Of a DNA stretch of 30,031 nt, positions 1-9,958 are shown piece by piece. The stretch's first letter is position 1; every line of letters begins with the position of its first letter. The translations under genes were made by a program, and so were the position numbers. The notes beneath the pieces were generated by a model. That model searched no databases. It was not told where the DNA came from and saw nothing but the letters and a program-made list of their open reading frames with translations. The stretch is from Mucilaginibacter polytrichastri (GTDB taxonomy: Bacteria; Bacteroidota; Bacteroidia; Sphingobacteriales; Sphingobacteriaceae): NCBI RefSeq assembly GCF_001911425.1, contig NZ_MPPL01000002.1, positions 48,067 through 78,097 on the forward strand, in the 5' to 3' direction.

Positions 1-2
1 AG

Positions 3-2165
3 GGATTACCTCTAAATAAACAAAGCCTTTCCGTAATCAAAAAGCCCGAACAAACTGCCTTGTCGGTTAATGAAGAAAACAATATCGTATATTTAAAAAG
101 CGCTGCTTTACAGGTGGCGTTGAACCTGAAAACCGGTAAAGTTTCATTTTTAGATTTACAGGGAGGACCGCTTTTTACCGAGAAGGATTACGGTGCCCAG
201 TTTACGGCTACCAAAGATGCCGGTAGAAACACTTATTCGGTTAGGCAGGCGTTTATGCTCGAAAAAGATGAAGTGATCTATGGCCTGGGGCAACAGCAGA
301 ACGGCAAAATGAACCAGCGGGGACAAAGAGTGTATCTTTCAAATCAAAACACGAAAGTTTGCATTCCTTTTATTCAGTCAGTTAAGGGTTATGGGGTGTT
401 TTGGGATAACTATTCACCAACCACATTTACTGATAATCTGCAAGAGACTTCGTTCGATTCAGAAATCGGAGATTGCTCTGACTACTATTTTATGTGGGGC
501 GGAAGTGGTGATGGTGTTATAGCACAAATGCGCGACCTTACTGGCCAGGCACCTATGATGCCCCTGTGGGTATATGGCTATAACCAGTCCAAAGAAAGGT
601 ATAAAACACAGGAAGAACTGATTGATGTAGTTAAAAAATACAGAGCCTTAAAAGTGCCATTGGATGGTATTGTACAGGACTGGCAGTACTGGGGTAAAGA
701 TAGCTTATGGAATTCGATGTCATTTGATCCGGTTACTTATCCTGATCCTAAAGGCATGATTGACAAAGTTCATCAGTTAAAGGCACACCTCTTTATAGTG
801 GCGTGGCCAGGTTTCGGGCCTTTGACCAAACAATACGCCGAATTTAAGCAGAAAAACATGCTTATTGACTTTGATACCTGGCCCCCTAAAAGCGGTGCAA
901 AACCTTTTGACCCCTATAATCCGGCAAGTCATGCCATCTACTGGGATTACCTCAATAAAGGTGTTTTTTCGCTTGGCACAGACGGCTGGTGGCTTGATTC
1001 AACCGAACCTGACCATATAAATATTAAAGATCAGGACTTTGACCAGCCCACTTACCTTGGGTCATTCAGAAGTGTTATCAACGCATTCCCTTTAGAGCAT
1101 GTAGGCGGGATCTATGACAGCCAGCGCAAAACTACTTCTCAAAAACGTGTAACCATTTTTACCCGTTCTGCATTTGCAGGGCAGCAGCGTTACGCGGCCA
1201 ACACATGGAGTGGGGATATTGTATCCACCTGGCCTACACTTCAAAAGCAGATCCCGGCAGCATTGAATTTTTCGCTTAGCGGCATTCCTTATTGGAATGC
1301 GGACATAGGTGGTTTCTTCGCCGGCGCTTTCAAACAAGGGGGAGGTGCTAAAAATCCTGAATTTCAGGAATTGTATACACGCTGGTTACAATTCGCCGCA
1401 TTTACCCCGATGATGAGGTCACATGGAACCGACATTCCAAGGGAGATTTACCAGTTTGGAAAACCAGGCGAAAAAACTTTCGACGTTATAGCAAAATTCA
1501 TCAATCTGCGTTACAGCCTTCTCCCTTATATCTATTCTACCGCTTGGGACGTAACCCATCAATCGGGGTCTATCATGAGGGCTTTATTTATGGATTTTGA
1601 AAAAGACATACAAGTATATGATATCGGCAATCAGTACATGTTCGGAAAGTCATTTATGGTTTCACCTGTAACTCAAGCCGGGCAAAAAGAGCAGGCTGTT
1701 TATCTTCCGGCAGGTACTTTGTGGTATGATTTCTGGACGGGAAAAACCGAGGACGGCGGCAAATCTATCATTAGCACTACCCCAATTGATATCATGCCGT
1801 TATATGTAAAAGCCGGAGCTATTATGCCATGGGGGCCTAAAGTTCAGTTTGCCGAAGAGAAAAAATGGAATAACCTGGAAATCAGAATTTACCCGGGGGC
1901 AGATGGCGATTTTACCTTGTATGAGGATGAAAACGACAATTACAATTACGAGGAAGGAAAATACACAGAAACCCCGTTCCACTGGAATGACAAATCCCAT
2001 ATCCTGACGATTGGCAAAAGGAGAGGTGATTTTACTGGTTCACTTGTTAACAGGAAATTCAATATCGTGTTGGTGACGGAAACGAAAGGTATAGGAGAAC
2101 AAGTAAGTAAGAAAACTGATAAAGTTATCTATTACAACGGAGCGGCTTCTTCCATTAGATTGTAA
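3..2165 (+). CDS. Glycoside hydrolase family 31 (alpha-glucosidase/alpha-xylosidase type), 5-prime partial
   Basis: The frame of the 60..2165 ORF stays open back to nt 3 with no stop, so the gene probably starts upstream of the window and the TTG at 60 is not the real start. GH31-like motifs are present: GTDGWWLDSTEPD (compare the WxDMNE nucleophile block), NTWSGDI and MMRSHG. Confidence 0.85.
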   Translation, partial: GLPLNKQSLSVIKKPEQTALSVNEENNIVYLKSAALQVALNLKTGKVSFLDLQGGPLFTEKDYGAQFTATKDAGRNTYSVRQAFMLEKDEVIYGLGQQQNGKMNQRGQRVYLSNQNTKVCIPFIQSVKGYGVFWDNYSPTTFTDNLQETSFDSEIGDCSDYYFMWGGSGDGVIAQMRDLTGQAPMMPLWVYGYNQSKERYKTQEELIDVVKKYRALKVPLDGIVQDWQYWGKDSLWNSMSFDPVTYPDPKGMIDKVHQLKAHLFIVAWPGFGPLTKQYAEFKQKNMLIDFDTWPPKSGAKPFDPYNPASHAIYWDYLNKGVFSLGTDGWWLDSTEPDHINIKDQDFDQPTYLGSFRSVINAFPLEHVGGIYDSQRKTTSQKRVTIFTRSAFAGQQRYAANTWSGDIVSTWPTLQKQIPAALNFSLSGIPYWNADIGGFFAGAFKQGGGAKNPEFQELYTRWLQFAAFTPMMRSHGTDIPREIYQFGKPGEKTFDVIAKFINLRYSLLPYIYSTAWDVTHQSGSIMRALFMDFEKDIQVYDIGNQYMFGKSFMVSPVTQAGQKEQAVYLPAGTLWYDFWTGKTEDGGKSIISTTPIDIMPLYVKAGAIMPWGPKVQFAEEKKWNNLEIRIYPGADGDFTLYEDENDNYNYEEGKYTETPFHWNDKSHILTIGKRRGDFTGSLVNRKFNIVLVTETKGIGEQVSKKTDKVIYYNGAASSIRL

Positions 2166-2180
2166 ATTAAACCCAAGGTG

Positions 2181-2215
2181 CAGGAATTATGTATGATAGA
2201 GCTACATAATTCCTG
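2181..2215 (+). terminator. Hairpin downstream of the GH31 gene (candidate intrinsic terminator)
   Basis: Perfect 13-bp inverted repeat caggaattatgta (2181-2193) / tacataattcctg (2203-2215) with a 9-nt loop, 16 nt after the stop codon. The following T-tract is weak (ttcct). Confidence 0.5.
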
Positions 2216-2453
2216 TTCCTCATTCATCAATAAATTAAGGTTATCCGCTAATAAAAATTCGGGGCTTGCATATCAATAAATTGTATATTTAAACCAGATT
2301 TCAATGACCAATTGACCAGGAATATCCATAAGTCTGGCAGCCAATTTATAAACCTGGTGCAATAGCTGATCTTGCCTGATGGATGATGAAATTTAAATTT
2401 CCCGTAGGGCAGGACCGGATAGTTAAAGAATTAACCGGATTAAAAGTACTAAT

Positions 2454-5400
2454 GTGAGACTACTTCTTTTCGTTTTAGCGTTATTGATCGGAGATGGCGC
2501 ATTTGCCCAGCAATTCCGTGCCTTTATCCCAATCGAGAGCAGTAACGGGCTATCTGAAAACAGTGTTCGTGCCATTAACCAATTGCCCGATGGAAGAATG
2601 GCCATCGTTACCGAAGGTATGGTTAACCTGTATAACGGCACATCGTTTCAATACATTCATATCAATGACGGGCATACTTATCCGCTGACAGGCTACTTAG
2701 GCTTTCATCATATGTATGTTGAAAATGAAAAACGGCTCTGGATCAAAACAGAGGGAAAGCTGATGTTAATTGACCTGAGTACGGAACGTTATGAAGAACA
2801 TCCTGAAAAAGTGTTGGCAACGCTTGGCATAATAGAGCCTTTATCCGACTTTTTTATGGATGCCGGCAGGAATCTGTGGGTGATAACCGTTTCGGGCAAG
2901 CTGATTTGCCGGAACCAGGTCTCCGGAAAAATCGTAACATTTTTATCGCAAGTAAAGTCTCCTGCAAAATTTCCTGACCCGGTTTATGATATTGCGGTGA
3001 TGGATGGCAATTTGTATGTTTTTTATCGCTCTGGCCTGGTTATCATTTATAACATTGCAACACAAAAAGAAACGGGCCGCCAAAATTCGCTGGAAAACCA
3101 GACTCCAGACGCCTATCAGTCTACGCTTTACGTGGTTCCCGGTAATCATACCCTTTACCTGCTTAGAAACGGCGCTCGCGGTATTATGCTGGCCCTAAAT
3201 CTAACCCGGAATAAATGGGAGAAAATCATCGAAACCGATTACTGGCTGAATTCTTTGTCTATTGGCGCCTCTGGAGAAATTGTGGTAACCTGTAGAAAGG
3301 GACTCTGGATGATGGATCATGATTTAACAAATCTCACATTTAGCCCAACACTTCACCTGGTTGACGGCAGGCTGATTGATATTGAAGTAAGCAACCTGTT
3401 CTTTGATCGTCAGGGCGGACTTTGGCTGGGTACGCTGAATAAAGGACTGTTGTATTATCACCCCGATCGTTTCCGGTTCCGAAATATAGGTAAATCCCTT
3501 TTTTCCTTACCGGAAAATCAGGAACTGTATGTAACAAGTTTCGCAGAAAATGAAGGGGGACAGCTCTTGATAGGTACTGACAGGGGCTTATTTCGCTATT
3601 CTGATAAAATGGGAAGGCTAACGCTTTATGCGCCGGATTTCCGGGGGGTGATTTGCAAGGCCATGTTGACAGACCGCCACGGAAATATATGGATAGCGGC
3701 TGAACAAGGCTTGTTTGCTATATCTTCCAATAAGATCAGCAAATACCCGATAGGGGATATCAACAATATAATGGAGGCAAAAGACGGTCGGTTTTATCTT
3801 TGTATGAATGGTAACGGTCTTATGCAATTCGATCCCGCGACGGGTAGTCATAACAGCATTCCTGTAAAGGAAAGCGACCGTGACAAACTCCATACCATAC
3901 TTCAGGTTGTTGACTGGAATGGTGCTTTGATGGGTATTTCAAGTAGCGGCCTATTCGTTTATGATACCGGCAAAAAGGAACTCCGTATGATCAGTGATCA
4001 TTATGGCGCGGGGATGTTAAATCATAATAACAGGCAATATTCTTGTCTGCTGGCCGACAGCAGGGGACTATTATGGTTCGGAACGCAAGATGGTTTAAAT
4101 GTGTGGGATGACAAGGCAAAGCAGCTGCTTAGTTTTCATACTGATGACGGCCTTGTAAATAACACCATTAAAACAGTTACAGAAGATGGCCAAAACTCGG
4201 TCTGGGTTTCCACATCAAATGGGGTTTCACATTTGCGGATAGGTAACAAGGATAACAAAAGAACTTATACGTTTACAAATTTTAACCGTTATGATGGGGT
4301 GATCAATAATGAATTTATACCGCGATCATCTTACATAACCAAGGATAGAACTCTATTGCTGGGAGGGATTGATGGTTACAATAAAGCAGATCTGCGCAGG
4401 ATTTTTGTAGCCAGAAAGGCTTTTGATCCTATTTTTGTAGATTTTCAGGTTTTTGGCAAGGCAGTTAAAGTTGGAGAACTATATGAGGGAACCAAAATTC
4501 TTGAAAAGGCCATCGCTGCTTCCAGGTCGGTCATATTAAAACATAACCAGAATTTTCTAAGCGTGGGTTTCTCCGCACTCAATTACGTTAACCCTTCGCA
4601 ATCGTATTATCAATACTTCCTGGAAGGCGTGGACAATAATTGGCACGAGACTGCTGCGCCTGATGGGATTGGTCGGGCTACCTATACCAATCTCGGCACC
4701 GGGTCATACCTATTGAAGGTGCGGGCCGCGGATAACAGCGGAAAATGGGGATGGAAAATGGCCACATTGAAAATTACCGTACTCGCCCCCTGGTGGAAAA
4801 CATCTTTTATGATCGCACTGTACACAATAACCGGGGTGTTATTTATATATCTAACCATTTCCTGGTACATTAAAAAAAGCAGGGTAAAACAATTAAAAAT
4901 ACAGCAGCAGAAATTGGACGAACTGAAATTTAGCTTTTTTACCAATATGAGCCATGAGTTAAAAACCCCGCTCACACTGATTTTGACCCCACTTGAGGTG
5001 ATCTTAAAAAAAGCAGAGGATGGTCCCATCAAGTCGCAGCTTACCGGTATCTACCGAAATGCTCAATCATTACTGGACCTGGTTAACCAGTTGCTCAACT
5101 TCCGTCGCCTGGAACTAAACGGTGAAGTGCTTCACTTAAATTACTGCGATGTTAATGAATTCACGGAAGCACTGTGCCAGCCTTTCCGGGAACTGGCGGC
5201 TAGCAGGAAGATTTATTTTGAAAGAATATGCCCTGCCGATCTTTGGCTTAATCTCGACAAGGACAAATTCGGCATAATGATGAATAACTTGTTATCAAAT
5301 GCGTTTAAATTTACGCCTGATGGCGGAACTATTAGTGTAAAGATTGAAAATACGGTAATACCGGGCGGAATAACCCCTGCAATAGCGGTGAGTGTGATAG

Positions 5401-6425
5401 ATACCGGTACTGGCATATCAGATAAGGATCTTCCGCAAATTTTCAACCGCTTTTTCCAGGCAGATAACCAGTCTGGTAACAATACGGGAAGCGGTATCGG
5501 GCTCCACCTTGTGCAGGAGTATGCAAACCTGCATCATGGTTTTGCCGAGGTTAAGAGTTCCGAAGGGAATGGAAGCGTTTTTACTTTGTACATCCCCGTA
5601 GACCTGAAACCTGTACTAACAGATAAGCTTAAACCTGCCCCGGATGAATACAGGAAGAACAGTCCGATTAAGATTTTAATTGCTGAAGATAATGATGAGT
5701 TTCGTCAATTTCTGCAAGAACAGTTAAGCCAGCTGTATGACATAATTGTGGCTTCCAATGGGAAAGAAGCGCTGGATATAGTTTTAGAACAATTGCCTGA
5801 CCTGGTGATCAGTGACATCATGATGCCGGAAATGAACGGCCTCGAGCTGTGCGATACCTTGAAAAAAGATATCAGAGCCTCACATATCCCGCTGATATTG
5901 CTAACCGCGCGGTCCTCTGACGAATCACAGTATGAGGGATACCAAGCCAGGGCCGATGCCTATATAACCAAGCCCTTTAATATGGATATCCTCACCGTGC
6001 GCATTCGGAACCTAATCGAGCAGCAGGAGCAGCGGAAGAAATTATTTAAAAAAACGATCGTATTGCAACCGGAGATGGTTACTACGTCTGACATTGATGA
6101 AAAATTAATAAGAAAGGCGCTGGAATGTATCGAAAAAAAATTGGGTAACTCCACTTATTCCGTAGAAGAGTTCAGCAGTGACATGAATATGGAACGATCT
6201 GGGTTATACCGTAAATTAGTTGCTATCATCGGTCAGACGCCCTCTGAGTTTATCCGCTCGGTCAGACTGAAAAAAGCTGCGCAATTGTTAAGTAAGCGTG
6301 AATTATCTGTCTCAGAAATTTCCGAACAGGTCGGATTCGGTAATGCCGCATACTTTAGCAAATGTTTTCAGGAAGAATTTCATGTAAAACCCTCTCATTA
6401 CGCTGACACGCTTCAGCAAAGCTAA
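2454..6425 (+). CDS. Hybrid two-component system sensor kinase/response regulator with AraC-type HTH (HTCS)
   Basis: 1323 aa. It has an N-terminal signal, a long repeat-rich periplasmic sensor and one TM segment (FMIALYTITGVLFIYLTISWYI). It also has an H-box FFTNMSHELKTPL, a HATPase region (NAFKFTP, DTGTGI, GSGIGL), a receiver domain (ILIAEDNDEF, DLVISDIMMPEMNG, KPF) and a C-terminal AraC HTH (SEISEQVGFGNAAYFSKCFQEEF). This is the typical PUL regulator architecture. Confidence 0.9.
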   Translation: MRLLLFVLALLIGDGAFAQQFRAFIPIESSNGLSENSVRAINQLPDGRMAIVTEGMVNLYNGTSFQYIHINDGHTYPLTGYLGFHHMYVENEKRLWIKTEGKLMLIDLSTERYEEHPEKVLATLGIIEPLSDFFMDAGRNLWVITVSGKLICRNQVSGKIVTFLSQVKSPAKFPDPVYDIAVMDGNLYVFYRSGLVIIYNIATQKETGRQNSLENQTPDAYQSTLYVVPGNHTLYLLRNGARGIMLALNLTRNKWEKIIETDYWLNSLSIGASGEIVVTCRKGLWMMDHDLTNLTFSPTLHLVDGRLIDIEVSNLFFDRQGGLWLGTLNKGLLYYHPDRFRFRNIGKSLFSLPENQELYVTSFAENEGGQLLIGTDRGLFRYSDKMGRLTLYAPDFRGVICKAMLTDRHGNIWIAAEQGLFAISSNKISKYPIGDINNIMEAKDGRFYLCMNGNGLMQFDPATGSHNSIPVKESDRDKLHTILQVVDWNGALMGISSSGLFVYDTGKKELRMISDHYGAGMLNHNNRQYSCLLADSRGLLWFGTQDGLNVWDDKAKQLLSFHTDDGLVNNTIKTVTEDGQNSVWVSTSNGVSHLRIGNKDNKRTYTFTNFNRYDGVINNEFIPRSSYITKDRTLLLGGIDGYNKADLRRIFVARKAFDPIFVDFQVFGKAVKVGELYEGTKILEKAIAASRSVILKHNQNFLSVGFSALNYVNPSQSYYQYFLEGVDNNWHETAAPDGIGRATYTNLGTGSYLLKVRAADNSGKWGWKMATLKITVLAPWWKTSFMIALYTITGVLFIYLTISWYIKKSRVKQLKIQQQKLDELKFSFFTNMSHELKTPLTLILTPLEVILKKAEDGPIKSQLTGIYRNAQSLLDLVNQLLNFRRLELNGEVLHLNYCDVNEFTEALCQPFRELAASRKIYFERICPADLWLNLDKDKFGIMMNNLLSNAFKFTPDGGTISVKIENTVIPGGITPAIAVSVIDTGTGISDKDLPQIFNRFFQADNQSGNNTGSGIGLHLVQEYANLHHGFAEVKSSEGNGSVFTLYIPVDLKPVLTDKLKPAPDEYRKNSPIKILIAEDNDEFRQFLQEQLSQLYDIIVASNGKEALDIVLEQLPDLVISDIMMPEMNGLELCDTLKKDIRASHIPLILLTARSSDESQYEGYQARADAYITKPFNMDILTVRIRNLIEQQEQRKKLFKKTIVLQPEMVTTSDIDEKLIRKALECIEKKLGNSTYSVEEFSSDMNMERSGLYRKLVAIIGQTPSEFIRSVRLKKAAQLLSKRELSVSEISEQVGFGNAAYFSKCFQEEFHVKPSHYADTLQQS

Positions 6426-6958
6426 ACATCCGGGCGTAACTGATTGATATTGGGGCATTATCTCCGCATTTCAGATCCCCGGATTGCTTTTAAATGCTAT
6501 AAGGATAGGCTCTCATCCTTAATTTCATCATATGTATTATTTATTTCAACGTGAGTGTTGTCTGCCAACAGTGATTCACCGCTACTTTTACCTCACCTGA
6601 TAGCCAAATAGTCAGGATAACTATAAACCAATTTATTGAACCATAAGATTAATACTGTAGGGCGTTAGGCGCCAAAGTATTAGACTGTATTGATCTATTT
6701 GTTAATTAATTCGTCGAGGATTATCGATTTGTTAAAAAATACGGATTCAGGCCATTTTTTTTGATAAACTGATAATCATGTATTGGTTAACTCATTGTAC
6801 AAACCGGTAATTCAAATAAATCAACAGCTTAACATTTAAATCAAAAGATATGGAAAAATTCAACTAAGCAAGTACCCCCAACCCCAATTATTAACTGTTG
6901 AAAAAACAATAATAATTGAACCATTAACATTTATAAACCAACCATTATAAACAATTTC

Positions 6959-9940
6959 ATGAAAAAAATTCAACTTTATTTAAGGTGTTGTAGGCTCCTT
7001 TTTGCCTTTTTTTTAGCATCAATTATGTCACTGTGTGCTCAAGCACAAGATGGGAATATTAAGATAAAAGGCGCCGTAAAAGATGACAAGGGGCTTGCGC
7101 TTCCTGGTGTCAGCGTAAAAATTAAAGGAACAAACGCAGGCGCGCAAACCTCCCTGGAAGGTGATTTTACTTTGAATGCACCTGCTAATTCCACGCTTGT
7201 TTTTACTTTTATAGGATTTGCGACTAAGGAACTCCCGGTTAACAATCAAAATGTTATCAACGTTGTTCTTACAGATAACAATCAATCGCTCAGTGAAGTA
7301 GTGGTTATCGGTTATGGCGCCCAGCGAAAAGCTGATATAACAAGTGCGGTTACCACAGTCAAATCGACCGATTTTGTGACAGGGCCAGTCTCTGATGGCG
7401 CCGCTTTATTGAAAGGAAAAGTTGCCGGACTTACCATATCCAATCCAAGTGGAGACCCCAATGCACAATCGCAAATTTTATTACGGGGGACACAGACCTT
7501 AAACGGCGCAAACACCGGCCCTTTAGTAATTGTAGATGGTGTTCCCGGAGATTTATTAACGGTAGCCCCAGAGGATATTGCCGAAATATCTGTCTTAAAG
7601 GATGCTTCATCAGCCGCGATATATGGTGTGAGGGGATCTAATGGTGTAATTATAATTACTACTAAAAGAAGTTCTGGCGACAAGATCAATAGAATCGATT
7701 ATAACGGTTCTGCAAGTCTTTCGCAATTTACCCGAACTCCGAAACTACTAACAGGAGACGATTATCGTGACCAAATAGCCCAGGGGATAAGAGATAAGGC
7801 TTACGATTTAGGTAATTCAACAGACTGGATTAAAGCTGTGAGCAAGGCACATCCTGTTTCTACAATTCAAAGTTTAAGTTTTAACGGGGGTAATAATCAA
7901 ACCAATTACGTAGCCTCTTTAAATTACCGTTTTTTGAATGGCGTTTTTCTAAAATCGAACCATGCACAAGTTACAGGCCGGGCAGACATTAATCACACCA
8001 TGCTCGATGGAAAACTAAAATTCAATTTAGGTATATTGAATACTAACTTTAACGATATACCATTTAATAGCAATGAGTATAATCAAGCATTAATGATGAA
8101 CCCTACCGCCCCTGTCAGAGAGCCAGACGGTTCATTTTATCAGCAACCAACTAACTTCGGCTATCAAAACCCAGTGGCGGACATGCTTAATCAAGAGCAG
8201 CCGCAGAATTCTTATCGTCAAAAATACAACGCTACGATAACTTTGCTGCCAGTAGAAGGACTACGTCTGGCTGCTACAGGATCATATACGAAAAGTGGGT
8301 ATGAGAATTTGTATTATGCCAATCACCAGGATATATCGACATTACGTGACAACCAAAATGGTGTTGCAAGTATTGGGCAGGGCCAGTCGATTGACCGCTT
8401 TTTAAATTTAACAGCCGAATATTCTAAATCGCTCGGAGATCACCGATTCACACTGCTGGGCGGTTATGAATATCAGGATGACGATACCTTTGGCACCAAC
8501 ATCACTAATCATGATTTTCCGACAGACTATTTCGGGGTTAATCAAATTCAGCTCGGAACGGCCCAAAAAAACGGACAGGACGTTATCAACAGTTCTCGCA
8601 GTAACTCAAACCTGATCAGCTATTTTGCAAGGTTCACCTATAATTACAAAGAGAAATACATGTTATTGGCCAGCATGCGTATTGACGGTGCCAGCCAGTT
8701 ATATGGTGCCAGTGAGCCTTATGGTAAGTTCCCCTCAATTCAGGCCGGTTGGCGCCTAACTAAAGAAAACTTCATGAAAGATCAAAAGGTATTTGATGAT
8801 CTAAAGTTAAGGGTGGGATATGGTATTACGGGTAATCAACCGGCTCAAGGTTTTCTGGGGGTTGGCTTATTAGGCTATGGCAATTATGTACTATATAACG
8901 GTACCTGGATTCAAACGCTATCTCCAAGTCAAAATGCTAACCCATCATTACGCTGGGAAGAAAAGCATGATACAGACATCGGTCTTGATTTTAGTTTACT
9001 TAAAGGCTTCATTACCGGTAATATCGATGTTTATAACAGCCGTGTAACCGGCTTATTATATAACTACAATGTGCCAAGCCCACCTAACCTTTACCCTACA
9101 ACTCAAGCCAATGTGGGCACAATGCAAAATCGGGGCTTAGAGGCCGTTATTAATGTACAAGCGGTTAATACAAAAAAATTCAGATGGACGAGTAGCATTA
9201 ATTTCTCTACTAACCGAAATAAACTTGTCAGTCTTTCCAATGACCTTTATCAGGCGAGTGTACCTTATTTTACAACAGGCTGGGCAGGAAGCCCTGTTAC
9301 TACATTCTCAAGCATAGTTCAGGTTGGACATAATATTGGTGATTTTTACGGCTTTAAAGTTACTGGCGTTGATAAAAATGGCTACTGGATTTACCAGGAA
9401 CCTGACGGGAAATCTGTTGCGTATAATGATTTTAACCATGCTTTTTCTGATAAACAGGTTCTTGGTAACGGGTTGCCCAAATTTTACGCGGGATGGAATA
9501 ATAGTTTTTCTTATGGAAATTGGGACTTGAGCATTACTATGCGTGGAGCGTTTGATTACCAGGTTTTGAATTTGCAAAGGTTATATTATGAAGGTCCGGG
9601 TATAATTAACTATAACCGATTCAAGGCTGCCAATGATAAATTATTTGGAACAGCCGTGTTAAATAAAAATGTACCGGAAGAGTTTAACAGTTATTACATA
9701 GAAAACGGGGCATTCTGGAAAATAGACAATATCAACCTTGGCTACACCTTCAATAAACCAAACTGGAAATATATCCATAATCCGAGGATCGGCTTCTCAA
9801 CACTGAATACATTTATCATAACAGGGTATAAAGGTTCTGATCCTGAAGTAGATCGTGGCGGACTTGCTCCGGGAATTGACGACAGGTTTAGTTACCCATC
9901 GACCAGAACATTTACTTTAAGTGTTTCAGCACATTTTTAA
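6959..9940 (+). CDS. SusC-like TonB-dependent outer-membrane transporter
   Basis: 993 aa. It has a signal peptide ending SLCAQAQDG, a carboxypeptidase-regulatory-like N-domain (IKIKGAVKDDKGLALPGVSVKIKGT) and a plug region (LSEVVVIGYGAQRK, LLKGKVAGL, IRGSNG-type VRGSNGVIIITTK). The C-terminal barrel ends in an aromatic residue (SVSAHF). It lies immediately upstream of a SusD-like gene. Confidence 0.92.
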   Translation: MKKIQLYLRCCRLLFAFFLASIMSLCAQAQDGNIKIKGAVKDDKGLALPGVSVKIKGTNAGAQTSLEGDFTLNAPANSTLVFTFIGFATKELPVNNQNVINVVLTDNNQSLSEVVVIGYGAQRKADITSAVTTVKSTDFVTGPVSDGAALLKGKVAGLTISNPSGDPNAQSQILLRGTQTLNGANTGPLVIVDGVPGDLLTVAPEDIAEISVLKDASSAAIYGVRGSNGVIIITTKRSSGDKINRIDYNGSASLSQFTRTPKLLTGDDYRDQIAQGIRDKAYDLGNSTDWIKAVSKAHPVSTIQSLSFNGGNNQTNYVASLNYRFLNGVFLKSNHAQVTGRADINHTMLDGKLKFNLGILNTNFNDIPFNSNEYNQALMMNPTAPVREPDGSFYQQPTNFGYQNPVADMLNQEQPQNSYRQKYNATITLLPVEGLRLAATGSYTKSGYENLYYANHQDISTLRDNQNGVASIGQGQSIDRFLNLTAEYSKSLGDHRFTLLGGYEYQDDDTFGTNITNHDFPTDYFGVNQIQLGTAQKNGQDVINSSRSNSNLISYFARFTYNYKEKYMLLASMRIDGASQLYGASEPYGKFPSIQAGWRLTKENFMKDQKVFDDLKLRVGYGITGNQPAQGFLGVGLLGYGNYVLYNGTWIQTLSPSQNANPSLRWEEKHDTDIGLDFSLLKGFITGNIDVYNSRVTGLLYNYNVPSPPNLYPTTQANVGTMQNRGLEAVINVQAVNTKKFRWTSSINFSTNRNKLVSLSNDLYQASVPYFTTGWAGSPVTTFSSIVQVGHNIGDFYGFKVTGVDKNGYWIYQEPDGKSVAYNDFNHAFSDKQVLGNGLPKFYAGWNNSFSYGNWDLSITMRGAFDYQVLNLQRLYYEGPGIINYNRFKAANDKLFGTAVLNKNVPEEFNSYYIENGAFWKIDNINLGYTFNKPNWKYIHNPRIGFSTLNTFIITGYKGSDPEVDRGGLAPGIDDRFSYPSTRTFTLSVSAHF

Positions 9941-9958
9941 CCTATTGAATTAAAAAAA

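Noticed and set aside
1092-6154. Short antisense or internal ORFs inside the GH31 and HTCS genes: 1092..1337, 1800..2000, 2423..2641, 2494..2688, 2943..3149, 3004..3198, 3340..3537, 3618..3893, 4682..5032, 5213..5482, 5960..6154
   Set aside because: All lie wholly within, or shadow, long ORFs with strong family signatures. Their translations are low-complexity or hydrophobic noise with no recognisable motifs.
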